Shown: positions 34,787-44,322 of the stretch, one piece after another | Numbering within the stretch: the stretch's first letter is position 1 | Layout of the letters: the number at the start of each line of letters is the position of its first letter | Assembly (NCBI GenBank): GCA_018303285.1 | Contig: JAGVYL010000015.1 | Span: forward strand, 1 to 55,811 | Length of the DNA: 55,811 nt | DNA from: Candidatus Woesearchaeota archaeon | GTDB lineage: Archaea; Nanobdellota; Nanobdellia; Woesearchaeales; GW2011-AR9 | Direction of reading: 5' to 3' | Made by a program: the position numbers and the translations under genes | Notes under the pieces: model-generated | What the model was told of the DNA's origin: nothing | The model's database searches: none | The model's input: the letters and a program-made list of their open reading frames with translations, nothing else

Positions 34787-36547
34787 ATGCTCAGAACCCG
34801 TACCTGTGGAGAACTCCGCTTGAAGGATGCCAAGAAAGAGGCCACGCTCTGCGGCTGGGTCCATTCTCGCAGGGATCATGGGGGAGTAATCTTTATTGAT
34901 CTAAGAGACCGCTATGGCCTTACCCAGATTGTTTTTAATCCTACCTTCCATCAAGAAGCTCATGCAGAAGCAGAAAAACTAAAGCGGGAAGATGTTCTAA
35001 GAGTGAGAGGGGAAGTGCATCCTCGAGCCAAAGGCATGGCCAATCCTAATCTAGACACGGGAGAGATAGAAGTTTTTATTTCCCATCTGGAAATTCTTAA
35101 TCACGCTGAAACTCCGCCCTTAGAAATCGACGATAATAAAGAAGCTTCAGAAGAGATGCGTTTGAAATATCGCTATCTGGATCTTCGCCGGCCGAAGATG
35201 CAGAATCGTCTCTTGATGCGCCATAAAGCTGCTCAGGCAACTAGAGAATATCTTAACTCTCAAAGTTTTATGGAAATTGAAACTCCTATGTTAGTCAAGA
35301 CCACTCCCGGAGGAGCAAGAGTCTTTAAAGTTCCTTCCAGAGTGCATACTGGCAAGTTCTATGCTCTGCCAGAATCACCTCAGCTTTACAAACAGCTGCT
35401 GATGGTTTCTGGCTGTGATAGGTACTATCAATTTGCTCGCTGCTTAAGAGACGAAGATCTACGAGCCGATCGCCAGCCGGAATTCACTCAGATAGATTTG
35501 GAAATGTCTTTTGTAGAAACCCATGATGTCCAAGAAATCATTGAAGGTCTGCTCAAAGATATGTTTAAGAAAGCCGCCGGTAAAGAGATTAAAACTCCTT
35601 TTACCCGCATCACTTACGCAGAAGCGATGGAAAAATACGGCTCGGATAAGCCAGACTTGCGTTTTGGCTTAGAGCTAAAAGAGGTTACTAAAGAAGTGAA
35701 GAAATCAGAGTTCAGCGTTTTTAAGAATGCCCCCTCAGTCAAATGCTTATGCGTGGAAGGAGGAGCGAAATTCTCTCGTAAGGATTTAGAAGAATTAGAA
35801 ACATTTGTTAAGATCTATCAAGCTAAAGGATTAGCCTATCTCAAGATTCAGAATGGAAAACTTGACTCTTCTATCGCTAAATATTTCAAAGAAGAACTGC
35901 AGCAAGAACTTATCAAGAAAACCTCTGCCAAAGAGGGAGACATTCTTCTTTTTGTGGCAGATAAATTAGAAATTGTTTATGCGGCATTAGGAGCTTTGCG
36001 TCTGGAACTGGGCAAGAGGTTTAAGCTTTACAATCCAGACGAATTAAAATTCTGCTGGGTAGTGGACTTTCCGTTATATGAATTAGTGGAAGAGAAATGG
36101 GAAGCCAGGCATCACATTTTTACCATGCCCCGAGAAGAGGATATGCCATGGCTGGAGAAAGACCCTTCCAAAGTGAGAGGCAAGCTTTATGATGTAGTCT
36201 TAAACGGAGTAGAGATTGGTGGCGGTTCTATAAGGATTCATAACAAAGAGGTTCAAACCAGAGTGTTAAAAGTGATTGGTCTAAGCTATGAAGAAGCTCA
36301 GGAAAGATTTGACTTCCTTTTAGAAGCTTTTCAATATGGCGCTCCCCCCCATGGAGGCATTGCCCTTGGGTTTGATAGAGTAGTGGCCTTGATGGCCGGC
36401 CTGAATGACATCCGAGAAGTGATTGCTTTCCCTAAGACCAAAGCAGCTGAGAATCCTATGGACGGCTCTCCTCAGGAATGGACAGAAGCTCAGCTGAAAG
36501 AATTGCATTTGAGATTAGATGGCGTGAAGAAACCAATTCAAGGATAG
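34787..36547 (+). CDS. aspS: Aspartyl-tRNA synthetase, bacterial type (with GAD insertion domain)
   Basis: 586 aa. Colinear with E. coli-type AspRS: LCGWVHSRRDHGGVIFIDLRDRYG, FYALPESPQLYKQLLM, FRDEDLRADRQPEFTQID, GGGSIRIH, PPHGGIALGFDR. It includes the ~130-aa insertion absent from archaeal-type AspRS. Confidence 0.95.
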   Translation: MLRTRTCGELRLKDAKKEATLCGWVHSRRDHGGVIFIDLRDRYGLTQIVFNPTFHQEAHAEAEKLKREDVLRVRGEVHPRAKGMANPNLDTGEIEVFISHLEILNHAETPPLEIDDNKEASEEMRLKYRYLDLRRPKMQNRLLMRHKAAQATREYLNSQSFMEIETPMLVKTTPGGARVFKVPSRVHTGKFYALPESPQLYKQLLMVSGCDRYYQFARCLRDEDLRADRQPEFTQIDLEMSFVETHDVQEIIEGLLKDMFKKAAGKEIKTPFTRITYAEAMEKYGSDKPDLRFGLELKEVTKEVKKSEFSVFKNAPSVKCLCVEGGAKFSRKDLEELETFVKIYQAKGLAYLKIQNGKLDSSIAKYFKEELQQELIKKTSAKEGDILLFVADKLEIVYAALGALRLELGKRFKLYNPDELKFCWVVDFPLYELVEEKWEARHHIFTMPREEDMPWLEKDPSKVRGKLYDVVLNGVEIGGGSIRIHNKEVQTRVLKVIGLSYEEAQERFDFLLEAFQYGAPPHGGIALGFDRVVALMAGLNDIREVIAFPKTKAAENPMDGSPQEWTEAQLKELHLRLDGVKKPIQG

Positions 36548-36578
36548 ATTTATATTGTTGTTTAATTTTCTATTTTCT

Positions 36579-36923
36579 ATGACCTACAAACAAATAATTT
36601 TAGTCCGTCAGGATCTGAAGCTGCCAAAAGGAAAGCTGTCCGCCCAAGCTGCCCACGCTTCGGTGGAAGCAGTCTTAAATTCTGATAAGCAAAAAGTCCG
36701 GGAATGGCGGGCCGAAGGCATGGCCAAGATAGTTCTCAAAGTGAAAGACGAAAAAGAACTTCTTTTCTATCTGCGGCAGGCCAAAGAAGCAGGATTAACA
36801 GCTGCTTTAATCACTGATGCCGGAAGAACAGTCATTGCTCCAGGCACCAACACCTGTGTCAGTATCGGGCCGGATGAAGAAGAAAAGATTGATGAGATTA
36901 CCGGTAAACTTCCTCTTCTCTAA
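36579..36923 (+). CDS. pth2: Peptidyl-tRNA hydrolase, archaeal/eukaryotic Pth2 type
   Basis: KQIILVRQDLKLPKGKLSAQAAHASV...GLTAALITDAGRT. Start set at ATG 36579. Confidence 0.9.
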   Translation: MTYKQIILVRQDLKLPKGKLSAQAAHASVEAVLNSDKQKVREWRAEGMAKIVLKVKDEKELLFYLRQAKEAGLTAALITDAGRTVIAPGTNTCVSIGPDEEEKIDEITGKLPLL

Positions 36924-36961
36924 AGCAACCTTTTTAAAATAACCCCCGTTTTAGAAGAAAG

Positions 36962-37282
36962 ATGAAAATACCCAAGATAATCAAGCGTTATTGCCCTTAT
37001 TGCAAGAAACATACCGCTCATAAGATAGTCAATCAGAAGAACAAAGGATTGAACAAAACTCATACCCAAAGCTTTTATTCCACTACTCGTTTAAGAAAGC
37101 GCGGCTCCAGAAGAGGTCATGGTAATCTTGGCCGTTATTCCAAAAAGGCCATCGGTCAATGGAAGCGTACCGGAGCTAAATCAAGCAAGAAAACTGATTT
37201 CAGGTATACTTGTGAAAGTTGTAAAAAGACTCACATGCAGCGAGCAGGCACTCGTTCCAAAAAAATAGAATACACTGGATAA
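36962..37282 (+). CDS. rpl44e: Ribosomal protein L44e (eL42)
   Basis: RYCPYCKKHTAHK...CESCKK zinc ribbon and basic composition. Archaeal/eukaryotic-specific r-protein. Confidence 0.9.
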   Translation: MKIPKIIKRYCPYCKKHTAHKIVNQKNKGLNKTHTQSFYSTTRLRKRGSRRGHGNLGRYSKKAIGQWKRTGAKSSKKTDFRYTCESCKKTHMQRAGTRSKKIEYTG

Positions 37283-37284
37283 AA

Positions 37285-37455
37285 ATGGCAAAAAGCAAAT
37301 TCATTAAAGTAAGATGTTCTAAATGTAAGAACGAGCAGATTCTTTTTGGCAACGCTTCTCAGGTTGTCAAATGCTTAGTCTGTGATGCTAATTTGGCTTA
37401 TCCCACCGGCGGAAAAGCAAGGATGGCTGCCAGAGTTTTAGAAGTTCTGGAATAG
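37285..37455 (+). CDS. rps27e: Ribosomal protein S27e (eS27)
   Basis: Below the ORF-track cutoff. Manual translation MAKSKFIKVRCSKCKNEQILFGNASQVVKCLVCDANLAYPTGGKARMAARVLEVLE has the C4 zinc ribbon and the conserved position after L44e. Confidence 0.85.
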   Translation: MAKSKFIKVRCSKCKNEQILFGNASQVVKCLVCDANLAYPTGGKARMAARVLEVLE

Positions 37456-37466
37456 ATTTTATAATT

Positions 37467-38108
37467 TTACTTCTCGACATAATTCTGCCTTAAGAATTCA
37501 TCCGTCTTTTGCGCGGTAGTTCTTAAATTATTTAAATCATCATTCATATTTACGCCATGTATTAATTTAATCATCCCGTAGAATAAGGGTAACATTGCAA
37601 TTAATAATCCGGTAAGAGCATAAGAGTACACATCAGGCTCTCCCAAGCTTACGGGTATTTCATAAGCTATCTTGTTCATTAGTAAACTCATTCCACCCCC
37701 CACCACTAAAACGGATAAGTCGGGACGCAAAATATCTCTCTTCCTTCCGCCCGTAGTGAATCGTTTAGAATTGATATACGGTTTACCAAAACCATCCCCA
37801 TATTCACCAACGTTATTAATAGAACCGAGAACCTGAATAACTTCCTGATCAAAAGCCCCGTCTTTCTTTGGCATCAATATTTTCTTCCCAAAAGTATCAT
37901 ATTTCTCTTCAATAAACTCAATTCTGGCTTTATAGGTGTCTTTCCCTTCCGCAACAGCATAAGCTAATTGATTTTGAGCATAGAATTCTCTTAAGATTCT
38001 TACTTTAGCATCATTAAATTCTGTTTCAGCAACTTTAACATCTAATGCTCCAACTAATTCTTCCAGCGAATGTAATCTTTCCAGTCTTGCTTTTAGTGTA
38101 GCAGGCAT
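37467..38108 (-). CDS. Hypothetical membrane-associated protein
   Basis: C-terminal hydrophobic helices (VLVVGGGMSLLMNKIAY; ALTGLLIAMLPLFYGMI). ATG at 38108; the track start is TTG. Confidence 0.5.
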   Translation of the reverse strand: MPATLKARLERLHSLEELVGALDVKVAETEFNDAKVRILREFYAQNQLAYAVAEGKDTYKARIEFIEEKYDTFGKKILMPKKDGAFDQEVIQVLGSINNVGEYGDGFGKPYINSKRFTTGGRKRDILRPDLSVLVVGGGMSLLMNKIAYEIPVSLGEPDVYSYALTGLLIAMLPLFYGMIKLIHGVNMNDDLNNLRTTAQKTDEFLRQNYVEK

Positions 38109-38203
38109 ATCCCCCAAAAATTAGTATTAACTAATATATCTATTGTCAAACTTTTATTAACCTTTTAGTTAACTTTATATATTGCTTCATTTTTGAGAAA
38201 CTA

Positions 38204-39043
38204 ATGCTTTCTACTGAAAAGAAAAATCCTACCACAAAAGAGATTATAATAGAAATTCTCTCTACCGATATAGAATTAACCGCCAGAGCAACCCATAACA
38301 AAATTCGCCGTCTTAAGCCGTTGACTTATCATGCCGTATTTAAGCTGCTTAACCAGCTGGTGGATGAAAAAGTTCTCCTTAAAAATGAACTGCATTACTC
38401 GCTTAATCAGGAGTGGATTCATCGTATGAAAGAGCATTATCAGATGCTGGAGCAATCTTATTTAAATAAAAAAGAGACGATGCTCATTAATAAAGAAAGC
38501 GCTCATTTTGTTCTTCCCTCCATCCATGAAGGCTTTTTTATGCTGATGCGGGCGTTAGAACGGGGGGTTTTCGGCGAAAGCAAAGTAGTAGTGGGGCATT
38601 TTTCACACTTGCTATATTTGCATTTATCTGAAGAAGAGACTGCTTTACTTAAAAAATTAGGTGAAGAAAGGAAATTCTATTACTTAGTGAACCACAAATC
38701 CAACTTAGATAAGATGATTGCCTATTACAATAAAGCTACTTTTAATTATGAGACTAAGCTGGGCATTCCTTGCGCCGACCCTTTTTATTTGTATGTTATT
38801 GGAGACAAGATTGTGCAAATAAATATCCCCCGCGAATTAAAAGAGGCCATGGACAAGATTTACAATCATGCTTTTTCCACCACCTTATTCCCTAAGCCTA
38901 AAATCGCCCAGATTACCACTTTTGTGAATGAGATTGCACATAAAAGAACAAAGATAGATGTTCATATAATAATTGATAAAAGTGCGGCTCAAGACATAGT
39001 TGATAGGACGTTGGAGAAGATGAGAGAAATGAGTGGTGATTAG
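38204..39043 (+). CDS. Winged-helix DNA-binding protein (putative regulator)
   Basis: IIIEILSTDIELTARATHNKIRRLKPLTYHAVFKLLNQLVDEKVLL resembles a wHTH. Confidence 0.55.
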   Translation: MLSTEKKNPTTKEIIIEILSTDIELTARATHNKIRRLKPLTYHAVFKLLNQLVDEKVLLKNELHYSLNQEWIHRMKEHYQMLEQSYLNKKETMLINKESAHFVLPSIHEGFFMLMRALERGVFGESKVVVGHFSHLLYLHLSEEETALLKKLGEERKFYYLVNHKSNLDKMIAYYNKATFNYETKLGIPCADPFYLYVIGDKIVQINIPRELKEAMDKIYNHAFSTTLFPKPKIAQITTFVNEIAHKRTKIDVHIIIDKSAAQDIVDRTLEKMREMSGD

Positions 39044-39059
39044 GAAGTTTATGAAATGA

Positions 39060-39578
39060 TTAATTTTTGAGCAGCAAATCACTGTACGAACAAGAGATTA
39101 AATCTTCTGATCTGATGCCAAATATAGTTTTATACTCTTGGCATTGTTGCTGCAGCCGTTCTTTACCAAGGGTGCCGTCTTTATCTATGGCTTCGATCTC
39201 GACAAAGGTTCCTAATCCAGCAACCTGGTCCAAATGAAATTTGATATTGTCAATAAAATAAATCTCTCTTTTCTTATCCACTACTACCAGAACACCGAAT
39301 AGTTTAGTGAGAATCTCTTCTAATGGAGCAGAATCAACCGGGGTTTGAAAAAGTATCACTCTTGATTGTTTTGCTTCCGCGTGGTTTTCTCGTTCATAAT
39401 GAATCAAGCAATTCTCAATTTTTCCTTTTCTTAATTTTAGGCGGCCGGCAAAAACGCGGAAGTAAACATCAATCTGGTGATCTAAACCGCGAAAATCGGC
39501 ATTAGCATAATTCAATGTTTTCCTGGCAGTTTCTAATTTATTGCACATAGCTTTTATTTCTACGTTTAAATGCCCCAT
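39060..39578 (-). CDS. CYTH-domain protein (CyaB-type class IV adenylyl cyclase / triphosphatase family)
   Basis: N-terminal NVEIKA (ExExK), RLKLRKG and LGTFVEIEA. Start set at ATG 39578. Confidence 0.75.
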   Translation of the reverse strand: MGHLNVEIKAMCNKLETARKTLNYANADFRGLDHQIDVYFRVFAGRLKLRKGKIENCLIHYERENHAEAKQSRVILFQTPVDSAPLEEILTKLFGVLVVVDKKREIYFIDNIKFHLDQVAGLGTFVEIEAIDKDGTLGKERLQQQCQEYKTIFGIRSEDLISCSYSDLLLKN

Positions 39579-39697
39579 CTTTTCCTTGGTGGTCAAGAAG
39601 TTTTTATAGTTTTATATTCTTCATTATCTTAGTGTAAAACTATCAATTAATAATTTAAAATCATAAACGTTTTAAAGCATTATTCTTTTCTGGATAT

Positions 39698-40222
39698 GTG
39701 GCCAATATCACTAAAACCCTTTCTGAAGAGCATAAACATATCATTGCTGTAGCTCAGGCTTTGCAGAAAGAATGCTCGGCCTTGGAAAAAGGGAAATCTG
39801 TTGATGCTGCTTTTTTTGAGAAAACGATAGATTTTATCCGGAATTATGCGGATAAATTTCATCATGCCAAGGAAGAAGAGATTCTTTTCAAAGAGCTGTG
39901 CAAAGAGACGACGGAGATGCATTGCAACCCCACTTCCCAGATGCTTTATGAGCATGATTTAGGCCGCACCCTTGTAACGGAGCTGGAAGCCGGGCTAAAG
40001 GAAAACAACAAGAACAAGGTTATAGAAAACGGCCATCGTTATGCCCAGCTGATCCAAGAGCATATTTTCAAAGAGGACAATATTCTGTATCCCATGGCAG
40101 ATGATGCTTTAAGCCCTAAAGTGCATAAGGAGTTAGAAGAAAAAGCCAAAGCTGCTGAAGCTAAGCTCAAAGCGGTAAAAGAACGTGGCTTGGCGTTTGC
40201 TAAAGAAGCAGGCAATCGTTAG
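39698..40222 (+). CDS. Hemerythrin-like metal-binding domain protein
   Basis: EEHKHI...FIRNYADKFHHAKEEEILF...EHIFKEDNILYP (HHE cation-binding pattern). Confidence 0.7.
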   Translation: MANITKTLSEEHKHIIAVAQALQKECSALEKGKSVDAAFFEKTIDFIRNYADKFHHAKEEEILFKELCKETTEMHCNPTSQMLYEHDLGRTLVTELEAGLKENNKNKVIENGHRYAQLIQEHIFKEDNILYPMADDALSPKVHKELEEKAKAAEAKLKAVKERGLAFAKEAGNR

Positions 40223-40238
40223 GGAACAGATTAAAAAG

Positions 40239-40541
40239 ATGGCTGACCCGCAAAACATCAAAAACCTGATTGAATATTCTCCTAACAGCATCACCAGCAA
40301 AGTGCTGGCCAAAGGGAAAAATAACGTCACCTTGTTCTGCATGGCCGCAGGAACAGAGCTCGGAGAGCATACTTCTACCAAAGAAGGTTTTGTTTATGTT
40401 TTAGAAGGAGACGGGATATTTCTCTTAGAAGGCCGAAAGATTGAGATGCGACCGGGAATTTTCTTTCCTATGAGCAAGAACGCGATTCATTCTTTGACAG
40501 CAGAAAAGGATACTAGTTTCCTGCTCTCTCTTTGCGATTAG
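40239..40541 (+). CDS. Cupin-domain protein
   Basis: GTELGEHTSTKEGFVYVLEGDG...IHSL is a cupin motif 1/2 pattern. Start set at ATG 40239. Confidence 0.7.
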   Translation: MADPQNIKNLIEYSPNSITSKVLAKGKNNVTLFCMAAGTELGEHTSTKEGFVYVLEGDGIFLLEGRKIEMRPGIFFPMSKNAIHSLTAEKDTSFLLSLCD

Positions 40542-40576
40542 CAATCTTTTTATAACCCCTCTTTTCTGAAAGAAAA

Positions 40577-41602
40577 ATGGTCAATCTCTATCCTTTAATA
40601 AACAATGAGTACCTTCGGGCGGCTGTCATTTTCCTTAGCGCACTGCTTTTTTCTAAAATCTTTCTTTATGTCATCAAAAACTATCTTAAGAAAATCACTC
40701 GGCATACTAAAACAGAAGTAGACGATTTGATTATCAATATCGTAGCTGCTCCATCATACTTCTTGATAATCTTTTTAGGCCTTTATACAGCTATTAAAAC
40801 CTTGAGCTTATCTGAACGTTATGCAGTGTGGATTGACAGCATTTCTTATGTTGTTATCGCTTTGCTTATCACTTTCCTTATTTCTCGTATTTTAACTGTT
40901 TTGATCAGTCATTGGTTAAAGGTGCAGAAACGCTTTGAAAAAACTCCTCAGTTGATTAGCAAGATTGCTACAGTCATATTATACATCATTGCTATCCTGA
41001 TTATTCTCAGCCATTTCCAAGTAGAAATCACTCCTATGATTACCGCTTTAGGAGTAGGTGGTTTGGCAGTAGGCTTAGCTTTGCAGAATACTCTCTCTAA
41101 TTTATTCGCCGGGTTGCATATTATTTCAGACAGACCGGTCAATGTAGGCGATTTTATCGAAGTCAACGGCACCAGCGGTTTTGTAGAAGATATCGGCTGG
41201 CGTTCCACCCGTTTGAAGACTAGGCAGAACAATATGATTATTATTCCTAATTCTAAACTGGCTGAAAGCACCATTCTCAACTATTATCTACAGGAACAAG
41301 AACTTTCAGTATCTGTAGAATGCGGAGTAGCTTACGGCTCTAATCTAGAGAAGGTAGAGAAAGCTACCTTTGACGTAGCCAAAAAGATTCAGAAAAGCGT
41401 GGCCGGAGCAGTGAAAGAGTTTGAGCCGACCATACGATTCCACACTTTTGCCGATTCTAACATCAACTTTACTGTTTCCCTACGGGCCAAGACTTTTGAT
41501 GATAAATACTTGTTGGTGCATGAATTTATCAAGGCCTTGAAAGAACGCTACGACAAAGAAAAGATTGAGATTTCCTGGCCAGTGAGGAAGATTGTGAAGT
41601 GA
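40577..41602 (+). CDS. MscS-family mechanosensitive channel
   Basis: TM3 signature LGVGGLAVGLALQNTLSNLFAGLHIISDRPVNVGDFIEV...G.VEDIGWRSTRLKT. Confidence 0.9.
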   Translation: MVNLYPLINNEYLRAAVIFLSALLFSKIFLYVIKNYLKKITRHTKTEVDDLIINIVAAPSYFLIIFLGLYTAIKTLSLSERYAVWIDSISYVVIALLITFLISRILTVLISHWLKVQKRFEKTPQLISKIATVILYIIAILIILSHFQVEITPMITALGVGGLAVGLALQNTLSNLFAGLHIISDRPVNVGDFIEVNGTSGFVEDIGWRSTRLKTRQNNMIIIPNSKLAESTILNYYLQEQELSVSVECGVAYGSNLEKVEKATFDVAKKIQKSVAGAVKEFEPTIRFHTFADSNINFTVSLRAKTFDDKYLLVHEFIKALKERYDKEKIEISWPVRKIVK

Positions 41603-41700
41603 TAATGTCAAGTTTAAAGTTTCTTCGCTTACCAAATTTATTAACTTTTTAGTAGTTATAATGAAAAGATTTATAAATAACAGTACCTTTCTTTCCTAAA

Positions 41701-41964
41701 ATGAAAACTATGAGTATTACAGAAAAAGAATTAACTGAAAAGGTTAAGGGGTATTTTACCGATAATATTTACGAAGGATTTAGCAAACCCTTTGAATTGG
41801 CTCGATTAGAGCTATCCGGTATAAATCCCACATTTGTCCATGCGTTTCCGAAAGGAATTGATGAAGAGTTGTGTGGCGATGATGAATGGGAAAATGGTTT
41901 AGCAAATCTTGCTAAAGAATTTGGGGTGTATATAAAAATCCCCTACTGGTGTTACCGCAAGTAA
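41701..41964 (+). CDS. Hypothetical protein
   Basis: 87-aa ORF. No motif recognised. Confidence 0.45.
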   Translation: MKTMSITEKELTEKVKGYFTDNIYEGFSKPFELARLELSGINPTFVHAFPKGIDEELCGDDEWENGLANLAKEFGVYIKIPYWCYRK

Positions 41965-41977
41965 TTTTTCTTTTTTT

Positions 41978-42568
41978 TTAAAAAATCTCCTTTTTAGTAC
42001 CGAAGCATTTTTGATTCTTTAAATAGTTTAAATAAAGAGTTTTAGTTGTTTTTGTGCATAAGGGGAGATTCTTATGTTTATCATCATGTTTGATATAGGA
42101 GATTATCTCTTTTTTACTCTTGCCGAGAGCCTTTCTAACCGCAGAAAAGCCTTTTGGGCTGGCCATCCAGATGAAATCAAGATCATTAAAAACTCTTAAA
42201 ACTTTATCTTTCTTATAAGAAGAATACTCCCCATAGATCCAGTTGTCATGTACGGAAATAAAATAACATATTTTCTTTGTTTTATCTTTGGAATATTTAA
42301 CTTTGTTAAGAATTTTAGCGGCAATCTTCGCGCCTTCAATCATGTGCGTCTTCTTTAATTTTTTATTAAGATAAACATGTTTACCCACACCATATCCTAC
42401 ATCATGCAGTATTACTAGGGGTAATAATAAACTTTTATCTATCTTTTCCTGTCCGCAAACAATCTCTGCTTCTTTTATCATCCAGCGGATATGATCGATG
42501 TCCATAGGTCTACCTTTCTTGTAATACGGTTTAGCCAATTTCCATATCTTAAAGTAAATATCTTTCAT
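41978..42568 (-). CDS. HD-domain phosphohydrolase
   Basis: LLLPLVILHDVGYG (H..HD) plus downstream His/Asp (ISVHDNW). Confidence 0.7.
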   Translation of the reverse strand: MKDIYFKIWKLAKPYYKKGRPMDIDHIRWMIKEAEIVCGQEKIDKSLLLPLVILHDVGYGVGKHVYLNKKLKKTHMIEGAKIAAKILNKVKYSKDKTKKICYFISVHDNWIYGEYSSYKKDKVLRVFNDLDFIWMASPKGFSAVRKALGKSKKEIISYIKHDDKHKNLPLCTKTTKTLYLNYLKNQKCFGTKKEIF

Positions 42569-42577
42569 ATTATTGAA

Positions 42578-43030
42578 TCAAATTCGTTTAGTCATTGCTA
42601 AAGCATCTTCTTTAAAGCCCCATTTCTGGTAAATTTCTATTGCTTTTTTGTTCTGGTACAAAACATCCAGTTGGCAGTACTTTATCTTTTTCGCCTTCAA
42701 AAATCTAAGAAAAGCAAGATACAGCTTTTTAGAATATCCTTTTCCTTGGCACGAAGGAGAAACAATTACATTTTCTATATACCCCACATTTCCTCGGGGT
42801 GCATGTTTAATGCGGCCGTGCAGTAAAGCCACTAATCGTTTCTCTTCATAAATGCCATATAAAAAATGATCCTTCTTAAAATAATCCCGGCAGTATTTGT
42901 CAGCGTTCTTTTTATTCATGTTTAAAACATAGATAAGAAAAGAAGTCACTTTCTTGTAAAACTCATTAGCTTCCAACACTAACCGATAGACTTGCTCTTT
43001 ATCACTTTTTCTAATTTTTAAAATTTTCAT
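42578..43030 (-). CDS. GNAT-family N-acetyltransferase
   Basis: IENVIVSPSCQGKGYSKKLY (Q/RxxGxG/A acetyl-CoA loop). Confidence 0.8.
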   Translation of the reverse strand: MKILKIRKSDKEQVYRLVLEANEFYKKVTSFLIYVLNMNKKNADKYCRDYFKKDHFLYGIYEEKRLVALLHGRIKHAPRGNVGYIENVIVSPSCQGKGYSKKLYLAFLRFLKAKKIKYCQLDVLYQNKKAIEIYQKWGFKEDALAMTKRI

Positions 43031-43060
43031 GAGAATAGGAAAATCTTTAGATTTAAATAA

Positions 43061-43729
43061 CTACCGCACCGGGGGATATTCATCTCCCCCAATATTCCCC
43101 ATCCAATCTTTAATGAACTTTTTAGCCCAGAAGTAAAGCGTACCAAAGATGCTTTTTTCATATCTGCGCATAGAAGTAGTTACTGTACTTGATGAAACAA
43201 AACAGTACTTTCCTTTTTTCAGCAGCTCCTTGATAAAATACCTTTGTTCTCGTAATTGCAAGTCTTCCCGATGAGGCGGAGCATCTTTTTTCCGGCAAAA
43301 AACGATCCCATTGCTTCCTTCATAAAAGCCAAAACGAAAATAACAATTCTTCAATCCCATCAATAGGCGGTATCTCCATTGAAAGTTGTCCGGTTTAACT
43401 TTAACTGTACCTACGCTGTACTCTGAAGTAAATTTTTTATTAATCTCACTCAAGCAATTTTTAGCTAAATTAGTATCTGCATCAAGAAAGACTAAAATTT
43501 CCCCTTTGGCTTTGGCCGCCCCAATATTCTTGGCTAAGCTTACTCCTTTACGTTTAGTAGCATAAACTTTAGCATACTTGGCCGCAATCTCAATAGTTTT
43601 ATCTGTGCAGGCATTGGCGATTACAAGGATTTCATAATCCGAAAAATCCTGTTGATGAACGCTTTGCAGAGTTTTTACAATGTATCTTTCTTCGTTATGG
43701 GCAGGAATAATCACGGAAATTTGGAGCAT
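43061..43729 (-). CDS. Family 2 glycosyltransferase
   Basis: ISVIIPAHNEERYI and ILVFLDADT (DxD). Confidence 0.85.
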   Translation of the reverse strand: MLQISVIIPAHNEERYIVKTLQSVHQQDFSDYEILVIANACTDKTIEIAAKYAKVYATKRKGVSLAKNIGAAKAKGEILVFLDADTNLAKNCLSEINKKFTSEYSVGTVKVKPDNFQWRYRLLMGLKNCYFRFGFYEGSNGIVFCRKKDAPPHREDLQLREQRYFIKELLKKGKYCFVSSSTVTTSMRRYEKSIFGTLYFWAKKFIKDWMGNIGGDEYPPVR

Positions 43730-43767
43730 AATAGTTCACTATTGTCTCATTTTTTAAAGTTTGAGGT

Positions 43768-44019
43768 TCATTCGTAGATATTGCGGCGGTGGCCGATTTC
43801 CAGCACCAGAATTCTTAGTTCTCCTTGGCGGATATCCATAACCACCCGATAGTCTCCCACCCGCAGCCGGTAATAAGGATTACCCACCAATTTTTTAACA
43901 TGGTCCTGCGGCCGTATCCTGCATCTTTCGATGACAGTGACAATTCTTTCCTGCAAAGGCTTCTCTAATTTTTTTAACTGTTTCAAGGAAAGATCAGAAA
44001 AAATAATTTCATAACTCAC
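43768..44019 (-). CDS. RelE/ParE-family toxin
   Basis: KQLKKLEKPLQERIV...GNPYYRLRVGDYRVVMDI..GELRILVLEIGHRRNIYE. 4-nt overlap with the upstream antitoxin gene. Confidence 0.85.
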   Translation of the reverse strand: MSYEIIFSDLSLKQLKKLEKPLQERIVTVIERCRIRPQDHVKKLVGNPYYRLRVGDYRVVMDIRQGELRILVLEIGHRRNIYE

Positions 44020-44234
44020 AATCCCAGCTCCTTTTTAACTTTGGCCAGGGTATGCACTTTGCCTTGCCGGAATTCTTCTTCTGCTAAGAGGATATTTCGT
44101 TTTGTTTCTTCACTTAACTCTTCTGTATCTTCAATAAGGTCCCAGATTAATTCTTCATAGCTTTCTCGGTTATACATTTTTCTATTCCGTAATTCCATCA
44201 ATAAATCTTCGCTTACTTGTATCGTAGTTGCCAT
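44016..44234 (-). CDS. Antitoxin partner of the RelE/ParE toxin
   Basis: 72-aa acidic protein (MATTIQVSEDLLMEL...) directly upstream of and overlapping the toxin. Start chosen at ATG 44234; 44255 and 44306 are alternatives. Confidence 0.65.
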   Translation of the reverse strand: MATTIQVSEDLLMELRNRKMYNRESYEELIWDLIEDTEELSEETKRNILLAEEEFRQGKVHTLAKVKKELGL

Positions 44235-44322
44235 AGTAAGTATATAACTAACCATATTATTTAAAGCTTTCGTTTTTCTACGCACCCCAACCTTTATAAT
44301 CCCCAAAGATTTTACTTAACAA

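Noticed and set aside
38118-38203. Short palindromes (TTAGT..ACTAA, TTAAC..GTTAA) in the divergent region upstream of the wHTH gene as operators
   Set aside because: They are only 5-bp arms in a very AT-rich spacer, which is well within chance expectation.
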